A stretch of 33,268 nt of DNA, from NCBI GenBank assembly GCA_046262575.1, contig JBHEMN010000072.1, positions 1 to 33,268 on the forward strand. Direction: 5' to 3'. The notes under the pieces are model-generated. The model ran no database searches. It was not told the origin of the DNA and was given only the letters and a program-made list of their open reading frames with translations. This document shows positions 1-8,168 of the stretch, piece by piece; position 1 is the stretch's first letter; each line of letters opens with the position of its first letter. Made by a program: the position numbers and the translations under genes. Source of the DNA: Jatrophihabitantaceae bacterium. Lineage in GTDB: Bacteria > Actinomycetota > Actinomycetes > Mycobacteriales > Jatrophihabitantaceae.

Positions 1-28
1 CGGTCAGCTGATTGCCTTTGACCAACCG

Positions 29-843
29 TTGGTGTCGGCGTGCGGTCGGCTGGCCCACGTTCGTGATCTTTCTCAGGTGGTGAGGAGAGTCTTGGCCGAC
101 CAGCTGCGGGTGGCGTCCTTCAACATCCGTAACTCGCGCGCACGCGACGGGGATAACGGCTGGCACCGCCGCCGCGACATCTGCCTCGCCGCGATCGGTG
201 AGCTCGCGGCCGACATCGTCGGCCTGCAGGAGGTACGTCCGGACCAACTGGCTGACCTGTACCACGCCTTCCCCGACGCGAGGATCGCCGGTGCCGGCCG
301 GGATCAGTACGGGGGAGGCGAGCACGCGAGCGTCCTGGTCGCGCCCGGCGATTGGACGGTGGAGTCCAGCGAGACGCGGTGGCTCTCCCCGACTCCGACC
401 CGCCCGGGTTCCCGGGGTTGGGACGCCGGGCTCGCGCGAGTGGTCACCCTGGTCCGGTTGCGCCATGGCGCGACCGCCTCGGGGTGGCGAACACCCATCT
501 CGATCACGTGGGCACGATGGCGCGAGAACGCAGCGCCGCGTTGATCGCCGACTGGCTGGGCCAGGAACCGGACCGCGCGTGGGTCGTTCTGGGCGATCTC
601 AACGACCAGCCGGGCTCGCGGCCGCTGCGCCTGCTGGCCGAAGCCGGATACATCGACGCGCTGGGGCCGGAAAGCGGCGGCACCGAACACGCCTTCTCCG
701 GCGCCACCGACCGCACCCGGATCGACTATGTCCTTGTCGGTCGCGATGTCCAGGTCCGCGCAGCGTGGATCAGCCACAGCCGTCCACGGGGACGGCTGCC
801 CAGCGATCACTGGCCGGTGCTCGCGGACCTCACTGTGGGCTGA
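29..843 (+). pseudogene. Endonuclease/exonuclease/phosphatase (EEP) family protein, disrupted by an apparent -1 frameshift
   Basis: The N-terminal half (LRVASFNIRN, GLQEV, ARVVTLVRLRH) is in the frame of ORF 29..544. The C-terminal half (VANTHLDHVG, VVLGDLND, RIDYVL, SDHWPV) is in the frame of ORF 352..843. The two join sensibly around 465-475, consistent with one missing base. The start is ambiguous: TTG 29, GTG 77 or 80, or TTG 92 preceded by GAGGAG. Confidence 0.6.
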
Positions 844-908
844 GCTCACGCAGCGGGTCACCCGCCGCGAGCATCGAAGCAGTCGCCTAGGGTGACCGAA
901 TCGCCCAA

Positions 909-1424
909 GTGTGGAGGCGCGTGGTGATCGGCGACCGATGGGGTGTGACCGACGACGAAGTCGCCGCCCACTACCCGTGCGACGACATCGTTGCGGTGCC
1001 AGTCCTGCAGGCGTGGCGCGGCGTGACCGTGCGCGCCACGCCAGGCGCTTTATGGCCATGGGTGGCGCAGATCAGGCTCGCGCCGTACTCCTATGACTGG
1101 ATCGACAACCTCGGGCGCCGGTCGCCGCAGCAGCTATGCCCGTTGCCGCAAGCTGCTGCCGGGCAGCATTTCACCACCGCCGCAACTCGCCCGATCGGGC
1201 GCATCTTGTCCGTCTCGCCGACCGAGCAGCTCACCGGTCGGATCGCGGGGGCGGTCATGTCCTATGTGCTCGTGCCGAAAGGCGACGCCACCCGGCTGGT
1301 CATGAAGATCGTCATGGCCAAGGGTCGCTGGTTGGCGCCGCTGCTCTCGGTGGGCGACCTCGTCATGGCTCGCCGCCAACTGCTCAATCTCAAGCACCTC
1401 GCCGAGCAGTCGGCGTTGGGATGA
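909..1424 (+). CDS. SRPBCC (START/polyketide cyclase-like) family protein, function unknown
   Basis: The ~170-aa ORF has the general look of actinobacterial SRPBCC proteins (W-rich N-terminal strand region, C-terminal helix). GGAGG at 913-917 suggests the true start may be GTG 921 or 924. The family assignment comes from memory of similar proteins, not from a search. Confidence 0.5.
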   Translation: MWRRVVIGDRWGVTDDEVAAHYPCDDIVAVPVLQAWRGVTVRATPGALWPWVAQIRLAPYSYDWIDNLGRRSPQQLCPLPQAAAGQHFTTAATRPIGRILSVSPTEQLTGRIAGAVMSYVLVPKGDATRLVMKIVMAKGRWLAPLLSVGDLVMARRQLLNLKHLAEQSALG

Positions 1425-1505
1425 ACATCACCGCTCGCAGGCATTGCGTTCATTGCGCGATGACAATGTCCAGCACCCTCGCGTGCCCAGGCATCGCAAC
1501 GATTG

Positions 1506-1805
1506 TCAGACCGAGTCGTCCTCTCCGGCGAGCTTCTCGTCCAGCTCCGCGCGGGCCTCGCGGTGCGCATTGATGCGCTGCTCGATGTTGGCGGCAAAGC
1601 GTGCCCGCGGGACGGCCAGCAGCACGAAGGCCAGTGGCACCGACAGTGCCACCGCTACCAGCGCACCGAAGAAGCCGTGCAGGCCGGCAAGGGCAAGCAA
1701 TCCCCACAGGGCGAGGAAAAGCCCGAAGCGCAGGGTCGTGTAGAGCCACATCGACCCCATCCAGCCGCTGAAAGTCAGCTGCTTGGGTGGCTGCGGCTCG
1801 GTCAT
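1506..1805 (-). CDS. DUF4229-like small membrane protein (two TM helices plus a charged C-terminal tail)
   Basis: The 99-aa ORF has two clear hydrophobic helices (LYTTLRFGLFLALWGLLALAGL, FFGALVAVALSVPLAFVLLAV). Its ATG overlaps the mqnE stop codon (ATGA at 1802-1805). Confidence 0.7.
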   Translation of the reverse strand: MTEPQPPKQLTFSGWMGSMWLYTTLRFGLFLALWGLLALAGLHGFFGALVAVALSVPLAFVLLAVPRARFAANIEQRINAHREARAELDEKLAGEDDSV

Positions 1806-2947
1806 GCCCAGACGGCCTGCGGCTCGGCGCGCCGCTCGACCAGCGGCACCGGGCCGTCGTATTCCCGGATGACCTCGTAGCGGGTGTTGCGCTCACGGGG
1901 GGTGAAGCCGGCGTCGCGGATCAGGGTGAGCAGGTCGTCGCGGGTGAGCTTGTCGGGGGTGCCGTAGCCGTCGGCGTCGTGCGTGATCTTGTACTCGACT
2001 ACCGAACCGTCCATGTCGTCGGCGCCGAAGTTGAGTGCAAGCTGCGACGTGGACAGGCCGTGCATCACCCAGAAAACCTTGACGTGGTCGAAGTTGTCCA
2101 GCATGAGTCGGCTGACCGCGAAGGTCTTGAGCACGTCCGCGGGCTGGGCCATGGGCAGGTGCGACAGGCGGTTGTTGTCGTTGTGGAACCGCAGCGGGAT
2201 GAAGACCACAAAGCCGCCGGTCTCGTCTTGCAGCTCGCGCAGCCGCATGACGTGATCGACGCGGTGTCGCGGCTCTTCGATGTGGCCGTACAGCATCGTC
2301 GCCGGCGTGCGCAGCCCCTTGCTGTGCGCTAGGCGATGGATCCGGGACCAGTCTTCCCAATGCGTGTTGTGGTCGACGATCTGCTTGCGCACCTCCCAGT
2401 CGAAGATCTCCGCGCCGCCCCCGGTGAGCGATTCCAGGCCGGCGTCGATCAGCTCGTCGAGGATCTCGTCGGCGGGCAGGCCGGAGATCGACTCGAAGTA
2501 GTGCACCTCGGTAGCGGTGAAGCACTTGAGCGCCACGTCGGGCAGCGCGGCCTTGAGCTCGCGCAGCACCCGCGGGTAGTACTTCCATGGCAGCGTGGGG
2601 TGCAGGCCGTTGACGATGTGCAGTTCGGTGAGCCCGTCGTCCTTCATGGCCAGGGCCTTCTCGACGGCCTCCTCGACGCGCATCGTGTAGGCGTCCTTCT
2701 GACCGGGCTTGCGCTCGAAGCTGCAGTAAGCGCACGAGGCGGTGCAGACGTTGGTGAGGTTGAGGTGGCGGTTGACGTTGAAAAACGTCGAGGTGCCGTT
2801 CTTCTCGGTGCGCACGCCGTGCGCGAGGGCGCCCAGCCAGGCCAGGTCGTCGCTGGCGTAGAGATCCTCACCGTCGGCGCGGGTGAGCCGATCATGAGCG
2901 AGGACCTTCTCGGCCAGCTCCGCCGCGCGGGACTCGGTCAATGCCAT
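1802..2947 (-). CDS. mqnE: Radical SAM aminofutalosine synthase (MqnE type; MqnC not formally excluded)
   Basis: It carries the CxxxCxxC radical-SAM motif (CTASCAYC) and full-length similarity to the MqnC/MqnE family (NVNRHLNLTNVC, HIVNGLHP, GGGAEIF). The context matches Streptomyces SCO4490-4494 (UbiD/UbiA/UbiX/AsnC/MqnE). I placed the start at MALTESRAAEL (ATG 2947) rather than the ORF-track start at 2998. Confidence 0.8.
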   Translation of the reverse strand: MALTESRAAELAEKVLAHDRLTRADGEDLYASDDLAWLGALAHGVRTEKNGTSTFFNVNRHLNLTNVCTASCAYCSFERKPGQKDAYTMRVEEAVEKALAMKDDGLTELHIVNGLHPTLPWKYYPRVLRELKAALPDVALKCFTATEVHYFESISGLPADEILDELIDAGLESLTGGGAEIFDWEVRKQIVDHNTHWEDWSRIHRLAHSKGLRTPATMLYGHIEEPRHRVDHVMRLRELQDETGGFVVFIPLRFHNDNNRLSHLPMAQPADVLKTFAVSRLMLDNFDHVKVFWVMHGLSTSQLALNFGADDMDGSVVEYKITHDADGYGTPDKLTRDDLLTLIRDAGFTPRERNTRYEVIREYDGPVPLVERRAEPQAVWA

Positions 2948-2998
2948 GCCGCCAGGGTACGGGCTCGGGCAGCGCGCGGAATCCCCCGCCGGTCTCAC

Positions 2999-3042
2999 TT
3001 GACAACGTTAAGTTACCACCGCTAACTTAGCGTGCCTAAGTC
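2999..3042 (+). promoter_or_regulatory. Putative sigma-70-type promoter (TTGACA-18-TAACTT) overlapped by a palindromic TetR-type operator
   Basis: TTGACA lies at 2999-3004 and TAACTT at 3023-3028. The palindrome ACGTTAAGTTA-N7-TAACTTAGCGT spans 3005-3033 with 10/11 arm matches. A third half-site, CTAAGT, lies at 3036-3041. This is a locally AT-rich island in the mqnE/mmpL divergent intergenic region. AGGAGA precedes the mmpL ATG at 3066. Confidence 0.55.
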
Positions 3043-3065
3043 AGTTCGGTCAGTAGGAGAACGCC

Positions 3066-5324
3066 ATGCTCATCCGCCTCGCCAACCTCGCCATCCGGGC
3101 TCCGCGCCGCGTCCTGTTCACCGCGGGGTTCCTGCTCGTCCTCGGGGCGATTTTCGGTGGGCCGGTCGCGTCGCACCTGTCGGCCGGCGGGTTCCGCGAC
3201 CCGCACGCCGCGTCGAGCAAGGCCGACCATCTCCTCGAGACGAGGTTCAACGCCGGCGACACCAACCTCATCCTGGAGCTGACCTCCCCCGCCGGCGCAG
3301 ACAGCGCCGTCGCACGCGCGCAGGGCTTGTCGATCGTGCGCGCGCTGGCGCACGAGAAGTACGCCAGCCAGGTCACCTCGTACTGGACGGTGCCGCCGGC
3401 GCAAGCCAGCGACCTGCGCAGCCGCGACGGCAGGTCAGCCCTGGTCGTCGCGCGGGTAGCCGGGGACGACAGCGCGGCCCCCAAGCGGGCCGCCGAGATG
3501 AGCCACCCCCTCGTGGGCAGCCACCAGGGCGTCACCGTCAAGGCCGGCGGGATCATGAGCGTGTACACCCAGGTCAATGACGACATCGCTGCCGACCTCA
3601 AGCTCTCCGAGGCGATCGCCATTCCGCTGACGGTCATCGCGCTGACCTGGGTCTTCGGCAGCTTCGTCGCCGCGCTGCTGCCGCTGGCAATAGGCATCAC
3701 GTCGATCATCGGGACGATGGCCATCCTGCGCGGCCTGTCGATCGCCACCGACGTCTCGATCTACGCGCTGAACATGACCACGGCGCTGGGCCTCGCGCTC
3801 GCCATCGACTACAGCCTGTTCGTAGTCAGCCGCTACCGCGAGGAGCTGCACAACGGCTCGGCGCCAGACACCGCCGTGCGCCGCACCATGCAAACTGCCG
3901 GGCGCACCGTGCTGTTCTCGGCGCTCACCGTCGGCCTGGCCCTCGCCGCATTGCTCGTGTTCCCGGTGTACTTCCTGCGGTCGTTCGCCTACGCAGGCAT
4001 CGCGGTGGTCGTGCTGGCCACGTTGGCCGCACTCATCCTGCTGCCGGCCCTACTGACCGTCCTCGGTCCGCGCGTCAACGCGCTCGACCTGCGGGTCTTG
4101 GTGCGACGCGTACTGCGCCGGCCCGCGCCGGTCCCGAAAACCGTCGAGGAGGGGTTCTGGTACCGGTTCGCGACGGTCGTGATGCGCCGCGCGCTGCCAA
4201 CTGCGCTGGTCGTGACCGCCGTGCTCGTCGCGCTCGGCCTGCCGTTCCTGCACGCCAACTTCGGCTATCCCGGCGATCGGGTGCTGCCGAAGTCGGCGCA
4301 GGCCCGCCAGGTCGGCGACAGCCTGCGCAGCCAGTTCTCATCCAACGCGTCATCGACGATCAGCGTGGTGGCCGGGGACATCTCCAGGGCTCCGGGCGGG
4401 ATCGGCGCCTATGCTGCGGCGCTCTCGGGCGTCCCGCGAGTGACGTCGGTGAGTTCGGCGGCAGGCACCTTCGCGGGTGGGCGTGCGGTGTCGCCGGCAA
4501 GCGGGCCATCGATGATCGCGGGCCACGCGGCATATCTCAGCGTGCACACCGACACCGACCCCCAGGGCGATTCCGCCAAGCAGACGCTGGCCGCGGTGCG
4601 CGACGTGCCCGCGCCGTGGGAGGTCCAGTTCACCGGGCAAACCGCGATCAACAACGACAGTCTGGCCGCACTCGGTGCCGCGTTGCCCTATGCGCTGGTG
4701 CTGATCGCGCTCGCCACGTTCGTCGTGTTGTTCCTGTTCACCGGCAGCATCCTGTTGCCCATCAAGGCGCTCGTGCTGAACACGCTGTCACTGTCTGCGA
4801 CGTTCGGGGCGATGGTGTGGATCTTCCAGGAGGGCCACCTAGGCTCGCTCTTCCCCGACCTGACCACCACCGGCTCCCTCGTTCCGACGATGCCCCCGCT
4901 GATGTTCTGCCTCGCGTTCGGCCTGTCGATGGACTACGAGGTCTTCCTGCTGTCCCGGATCCGCGAGGCTTGGCTGGAATCACCGCAGACCCCCGCCGAC
5001 AACGTCCACGCGGTTGCCTTGGGTCTGGGCCGCACCGGCCGGATCGTCACCGCTGCCGCGCTGCTGATGTCGATCGTGTTCGCTGCCATAGCCGGTTCGA
5101 GGGTGTCGTTCATGATGCTGTTCGGGGCGGGGCTTACCCTCGCGGTACTGATGGACGCGACAATCGTGCGAGGAATCCTGGTGCCCGCCTTCATGCGGCT
5201 TGCCGGGCGGTGGAACTGGTGGGCGCCGCGCCCCCTGGCGCGCCTACACGCCCGCTTCGGCCTCTCCGATGCCCCCGCCGAGATCGAGGCCGCACCGCTG
5301 CGCGAACCGGTAGGAGTCGGATGA
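3066..5324 (+). CDS. MMPL family (RND superfamily) membrane transporter
   Basis: The 752-aa ORF has the two-fold architecture of ~6 TM helices plus an extracytoplasmic domain. MMPL-typical segments are present (AIDYSLFVVSRYREEL, GLSMDYEVFLLSRIRE). An SD (AGGAGA) lies upstream. Confidence 0.9.
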   Translation: MLIRLANLAIRAPRRVLFTAGFLLVLGAIFGGPVASHLSAGGFRDPHAASSKADHLLETRFNAGDTNLILELTSPAGADSAVARAQGLSIVRALAHEKYASQVTSYWTVPPAQASDLRSRDGRSALVVARVAGDDSAAPKRAAEMSHPLVGSHQGVTVKAGGIMSVYTQVNDDIAADLKLSEAIAIPLTVIALTWVFGSFVAALLPLAIGITSIIGTMAILRGLSIATDVSIYALNMTTALGLALAIDYSLFVVSRYREELHNGSAPDTAVRRTMQTAGRTVLFSALTVGLALAALLVFPVYFLRSFAYAGIAVVVLATLAALILLPALLTVLGPRVNALDLRVLVRRVLRRPAPVPKTVEEGFWYRFATVVMRRALPTALVVTAVLVALGLPFLHANFGYPGDRVLPKSAQARQVGDSLRSQFSSNASSTISVVAGDISRAPGGIGAYAAALSGVPRVTSVSSAAGTFAGGRAVSPASGPSMIAGHAAYLSVHTDTDPQGDSAKQTLAAVRDVPAPWEVQFTGQTAINNDSLAALGAALPYALVLIALATFVVLFLFTGSILLPIKALVLNTLSLSATFGAMVWIFQEGHLGSLFPDLTTTGSLVPTMPPLMFCLAFGLSMDYEVFLLSRIREAWLESPQTPADNVHAVALGLGRTGRIVTAAALLMSIVFAAIAGSRVSFMMLFGAGLTLAVLMDATIVRGILVPAFMRLAGRWNWWAPRPLARLHARFGLSDAPAEIEAAPLREPVGVG

Positions 5325-5998
5325 CCCGCATCGCCGCACCGAGACGGCGTCGGGCCTCGCGGGGGTCCGGCGAGGATCTCCGGGACGAGATCGTCGCTGC
5401 TGCGAAGGCGTTGCTGGCCAAGTCGGCAAGTGCCGACGCTATGTCGATCCGCGCGGTTGCCGACGCGGTCGGCGTCACCGCGCCCTCGATCTATCTGCAC
5501 TTCGCCGACAAGGACGACCTGCTCAGCGCGGTCGTCGTCGACGTGTTCAGCGAGTTGGACGCTGCCATGCTGGCCGCCGCTGACGGGCTGAGCATGCCGA
5601 TGGAACGGCTGCGCGCGTTCGGGATGGCGTATGTGACGTTCGCGATCAGCCATCCGGAGCACTACCGCATCGCGGCAATGGATCCCTGCCCGCGCCCGAA
5701 CGTCGACGAGGTACTCGCCACGTCGGCGTTCGAGCATTTCAACGACACCGTCAAGCAATGCATGGATGCCGGCATCTTCGCTGCCGGTGACTCGCTACCG
5801 GTGACCCTCGAACTGTGGGCTGCGGCGCACGGCATCGCCGGGTTGATGATCACCAAGCCGTACCTGCCGTGGGGGGACCCGATGGCGGTGGCCGATCGGG
5901 TGCTCTGCGCCGCAGCTCTCGGCCACGCTGCCGCCGACCTCATCGGCGGCGACGTCACCCCGGCGCGGGTGACCGACTGGCTGGCTTCGCAGCGCTAA
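5321..5998 (+). CDS. TetR/AcrR family transcriptional regulator
   Basis: An N-terminal HTH is present (MSIRAVADAVGVTAPSIYLHFADKDDLL). Its ATG overlaps the mmpL stop codon (ATGA at 5321-5324). The ORF-track ORF 4616..5998 is an upstream artefactual extension. Confidence 0.9.
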   Translation: MTRIAAPRRRRASRGSGEDLRDEIVAAAKALLAKSASADAMSIRAVADAVGVTAPSIYLHFADKDDLLSAVVVDVFSELDAAMLAAADGLSMPMERLRAFGMAYVTFAISHPEHYRIAAMDPCPRPNVDEVLATSAFEHFNDTVKQCMDAGIFAAGDSLPVTLELWAAAHGIAGLMITKPYLPWGDPMAVADRVLCAAALGHAAADLIGGDVTPARVTDWLASQR

Positions 5999-6489
5999 CT
6001 GCCGGACAGGTCCACGGGCTGCACCCGGTCCTCGAACTTCGTCGAGAGCACGACGGTGGTGCGGGTGCGGGCGACGCCCTTGATCGCGTTCAGGGTGCGG
6101 ATCGCTTGCTCCAGGCTGGCGACGTCAGGCACCCGGACCTTGACGACGAACGTCTCTTCGCCGGCGACGAACCAGCAGTGCTCGACCGAAGCCAGCGCGG
6201 CGAGCTCCTCGGCCAGGTCGTCACTGTCGGCGCGGTCGGTGATGAAGATGCCGATGAGGGCATTGATGGCATGGCCGAGGGACTCCGCCGCAATCGCAGC
6301 GTGATAGCCGGTGATCACGCCCGCTGCCTCGAGCTTGGCCACCCGGTCGTGAACGGCCGGCGCACTCAGGCCGACCAGGCGGGCGAGCTCGGCGTAGGTG
6401 GCGCGGGCGTTGGCACGCAGGGCATCCAGCAATCGTCGGTCGACGGAGTCCACTACCCCAGTCGACCCGAGCCGCGCGCCGCTAGTCAA
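5995..6489 (-). CDS. Lrp/AsnC family transcriptional regulator
   Basis: It has an HTH_AsnC N-terminus (DRRLLDALRANARATYAELARLVGLSAPAVHDRVAKLEAAGVI) and a C-terminal RAM/AsnC_trans_reg domain. The start is uncertain: TTG 6489 overlaps the ubiX-like 3' end, and GTG 6453 is the alternative. Its position matches the AsnC gene inside the Streptomyces mqn cluster. Confidence 0.85.
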   Translation of the reverse strand: MTSGARLGSTGVVDSVDRRLLDALRANARATYAELARLVGLSAPAVHDRVAKLEAAGVITGYHAAIAAESLGHAINALIGIFITDRADSDDLAEELAALASVEHCWFVAGEETFVVKVRVPDVASLEQAIRTLNAIKGVARTRTTVVLSTKFEDRVQPVDLSGS

Positions 6490-7183
6490 GTTCGCGGGCA
6501 GCGCCGATCCGGCCGGTCCAGCGGGTGATCAGATCGTGTTCGACCCCAATCGCGTCGAGCACTTTCGCGGCCACGAAGTCGACTAGTTGCGTCACCGTCT
6601 GCGGTGCGCTGTAGAAGGCCGGGCTGGCGGGCAGGACGACCGCACCGGCGTCGTGCAAGGTGAGCATGTGAGCCAGCGTGGCGCGGGTGTAGGGAGCCTC
6701 GCGTGGGACGACGACGAGCGGCCGGCGCTCCTTGAGGGTGACATCGGCGGCGCGCTGGAGCAGATCCTTCGACAGCCCGATAGCGATGCCGGCGACCGCG
6801 GCGGTTGACGCCGGGACGACCACCATGCCCTGTGCGGGGTAGGACCCGCTGGCCGGCCCCGCGGCCAGATCGCCCGCGGGCCAGTAGGTGACCCCGTCGG
6901 TATCGCGTCCGAGCCAGGCGGCGAGGTCATCGCGCCAGTGTGCGTCGCGAAATGCCAACCCCGTCTCGTCGAGCAGGGTGAGCCGCGCCGCGCGGGAGAC
7001 GATCAGATCGATGCAGTGGCCGGCGTCGAGCAGCCCGGTGAGCACCGCCCGGGCGTAGGGCGTGCCCGACGCACCGGAGACCCCGACCACCCACGGCACC
7101 CGGTCCCCCCCCGGACCGCTTTGCCCCGGCGCAGCACGTGATGTGACGCTCTGCGCGGGCTCTGGCGGGACAAAGCGGGTCAT
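6482..7183 (-). CDS. ubiX: UbiX-family flavin prenyltransferase (proposed futalosine-pathway MqnM)
   Basis: The N-terminal flavoprotein fold motif VVGVSGASG is present, with UbiX-like similarity throughout. The start at MTRFVPP (ATG 7183) overlaps the stop codon of the UbiA-like gene (ATGA). ORF-track 6482..7783 is over-extended. Confidence 0.85.
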   Translation of the reverse strand: MTRFVPPEPAQSVTSRAAPGQSGPGGDRVPWVVGVSGASGTPYARAVLTGLLDAGHCIDLIVSRAARLTLLDETGLAFRDAHWRDDLAAWLGRDTDGVTYWPAGDLAAGPASGSYPAQGMVVVPASTAAVAGIAIGLSKDLLQRAADVTLKERRPLVVVPREAPYTRATLAHMLTLHDAGAVVLPASPAFYSAPQTVTQLVDFVAAKVLDAIGVEHDLITRWTGRIGAARELD

Positions 7184-8112
7184 GGGGTGAGGCCGTGGAT
7201 GAGCAGGTCGGCGAGGGCAGCGGCGAACAGCCCGATCCCGATGACGCCGTTCGCGGTGAAGAAAGCCCGGTTCACGCGCGACAGGTCGTCGGGGCGCACG
7301 ATTGCGTGCTCGTAAGCGAGCACGAGCGCGGTGAGTGCGACACCCACCCACCACAGCCAACCCAGCCCGGCGGCCGCGCCGAACCAGACGAAGGCGGCCA
7401 ACGTCGCGGCGTGCACGAGGGTCGAGGCGCGCAGCGCCGCCCCGATGCCGAAGCGCGCCGGGAATGAACGCGAGCCGATGCGGCGGTCGACCTCGGCGTC
7501 CTGGCATGAGTAGATGAGGTCGAAGCCGGCGATCCAAAGGCCGACGGCGACACCTAGCGCGATCGCCGGCCAGGAGACGTGATTGGTCACCGCGACCCAG
7601 GCACCGATCGGCGCGACGAACTGGGCGAGCGCCAGCAGGACCTGCGGAAAGTCGGTGAACCGCTTGCCGTAGGAGTACAGGACAAGCAGGACGACCGCGA
7701 TCGGCGCGAGCGCCAGGCAGAGCCACGACAGCAGCGCCGCCGAGGTCAGGAAGATCGCCAGCGCGACGGCAGTCCCGACCCACGCGGAGCGCAGCGACAC
7801 AGCGCCGGTGACGAGTTCACGTCGTGCGGTGCGGGGATTGAGGGCGTCGAAGTTGCGGTCCAGGATGCGGTTGGCCGACATCGCCACTGTGCGCGCCGAG
7901 ACCATCGCCACGGTAATGAGGGCGAGTTGCAGCCAGTGCACGGAGCGTGTCTGCAGCCACATCGCCGTGAGCGCCGAGATGTAGGCGAACGGCAGGGCGA
8001 ACACCGAATGCTCGATCATCACCAGTCGCAGGAACGCCTTGACCTTGTTCGGTTCAGGCGACGCGACGACCGGGGCGGCGGACACGCATGAAGTGTGCCA
8101 GCTGCCAAACAC
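7180..8112 (-). CDS. UbiA-family aromatic prenyltransferase (proposed futalosine-pathway MqnP)
   Basis: It is a polytopic membrane protein with UbiA signatures (NRILDRNFD Asp-rich motif, YSCQDAEVDRRIG second motif). It sits next to the UbiX-like and UbiD-like genes. The start is GTG 8112 or GTG 8085. Confidence 0.85.
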   Translation of the reverse strand: MFGSWHTSCVSAAPVVASPEPNKVKAFLRLVMIEHSVFALPFAYISALTAMWLQTRSVHWLQLALITVAMVSARTVAMSANRILDRNFDALNPRTARRELVTGAVSLRSAWVGTAVALAIFLTSAALLSWLCLALAPIAVVLLVLYSYGKRFTDFPQVLLALAQFVAPIGAWVAVTNHVSWPAIALGVAVGLWIAGFDLIYSCQDAEVDRRIGSRSFPARFGIGAALRASTLVHAATLAAFVWFGAAAGLGWLWWVGVALTALVLAYEHAIVRPDDLSRVNRAFFTANGVIGIGLFAAALADLLIHGLTP

Positions 8113-8168
8113 TCGACTCGCTCACGCCTGGTTTGACAGCCCGTCGGCAGCGAGGGGAGGGTACCTGG

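Noticed and set aside
844-908. A GGTCACC...GGTGACC 7-bp inverted repeat after the EEP gene, considered as a terminator
   Set aside because: It has a 28-nt loop, a short stem and no U-tract. It lies immediately upstream of the co-directional SRPBCC gene. The support is insufficient.
1461-1508. An imperfect inverted repeat, TGACAAT...ATTGTCA, in the SRPBCC/DUF4229 convergent gap. It superficially resembles the CGATTGTGG element and comes with short direct repeats (CATTGCG x2, CAGGCAT x2).
   Set aside because: The stem is only 7 bp with a 32-nt loop. The arm orientation is opposite to the two good copies, and the shared core is just ATTGT. It is more likely a weak bidirectional terminator region or chance.
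6482-7783. Long upstream extensions of real genes in the ORF track (also 4616..5998, 10570..11871, 11583..13808, 13909..14625, 14558..16348, 15196..17307, 19417..21183, 21887..23347, 30162..31061)
   Set aside because: The extensions run through the upstream neighbour in another frame, are Arg/Pro/Gly-rich, and start before the homology begins. Internal starts coincide with ATGA/GTGA overlaps or good SD sequences, and I used those instead.
8133-8138. A perfect TTGACA hexamer upstream of the DUF427 gene
   Set aside because: No TANNNT -10 element lies at 16-19-nt spacing. The nearest candidate, TACCTG, is 24 nt away and a poor match. I cannot call a promoter from this.
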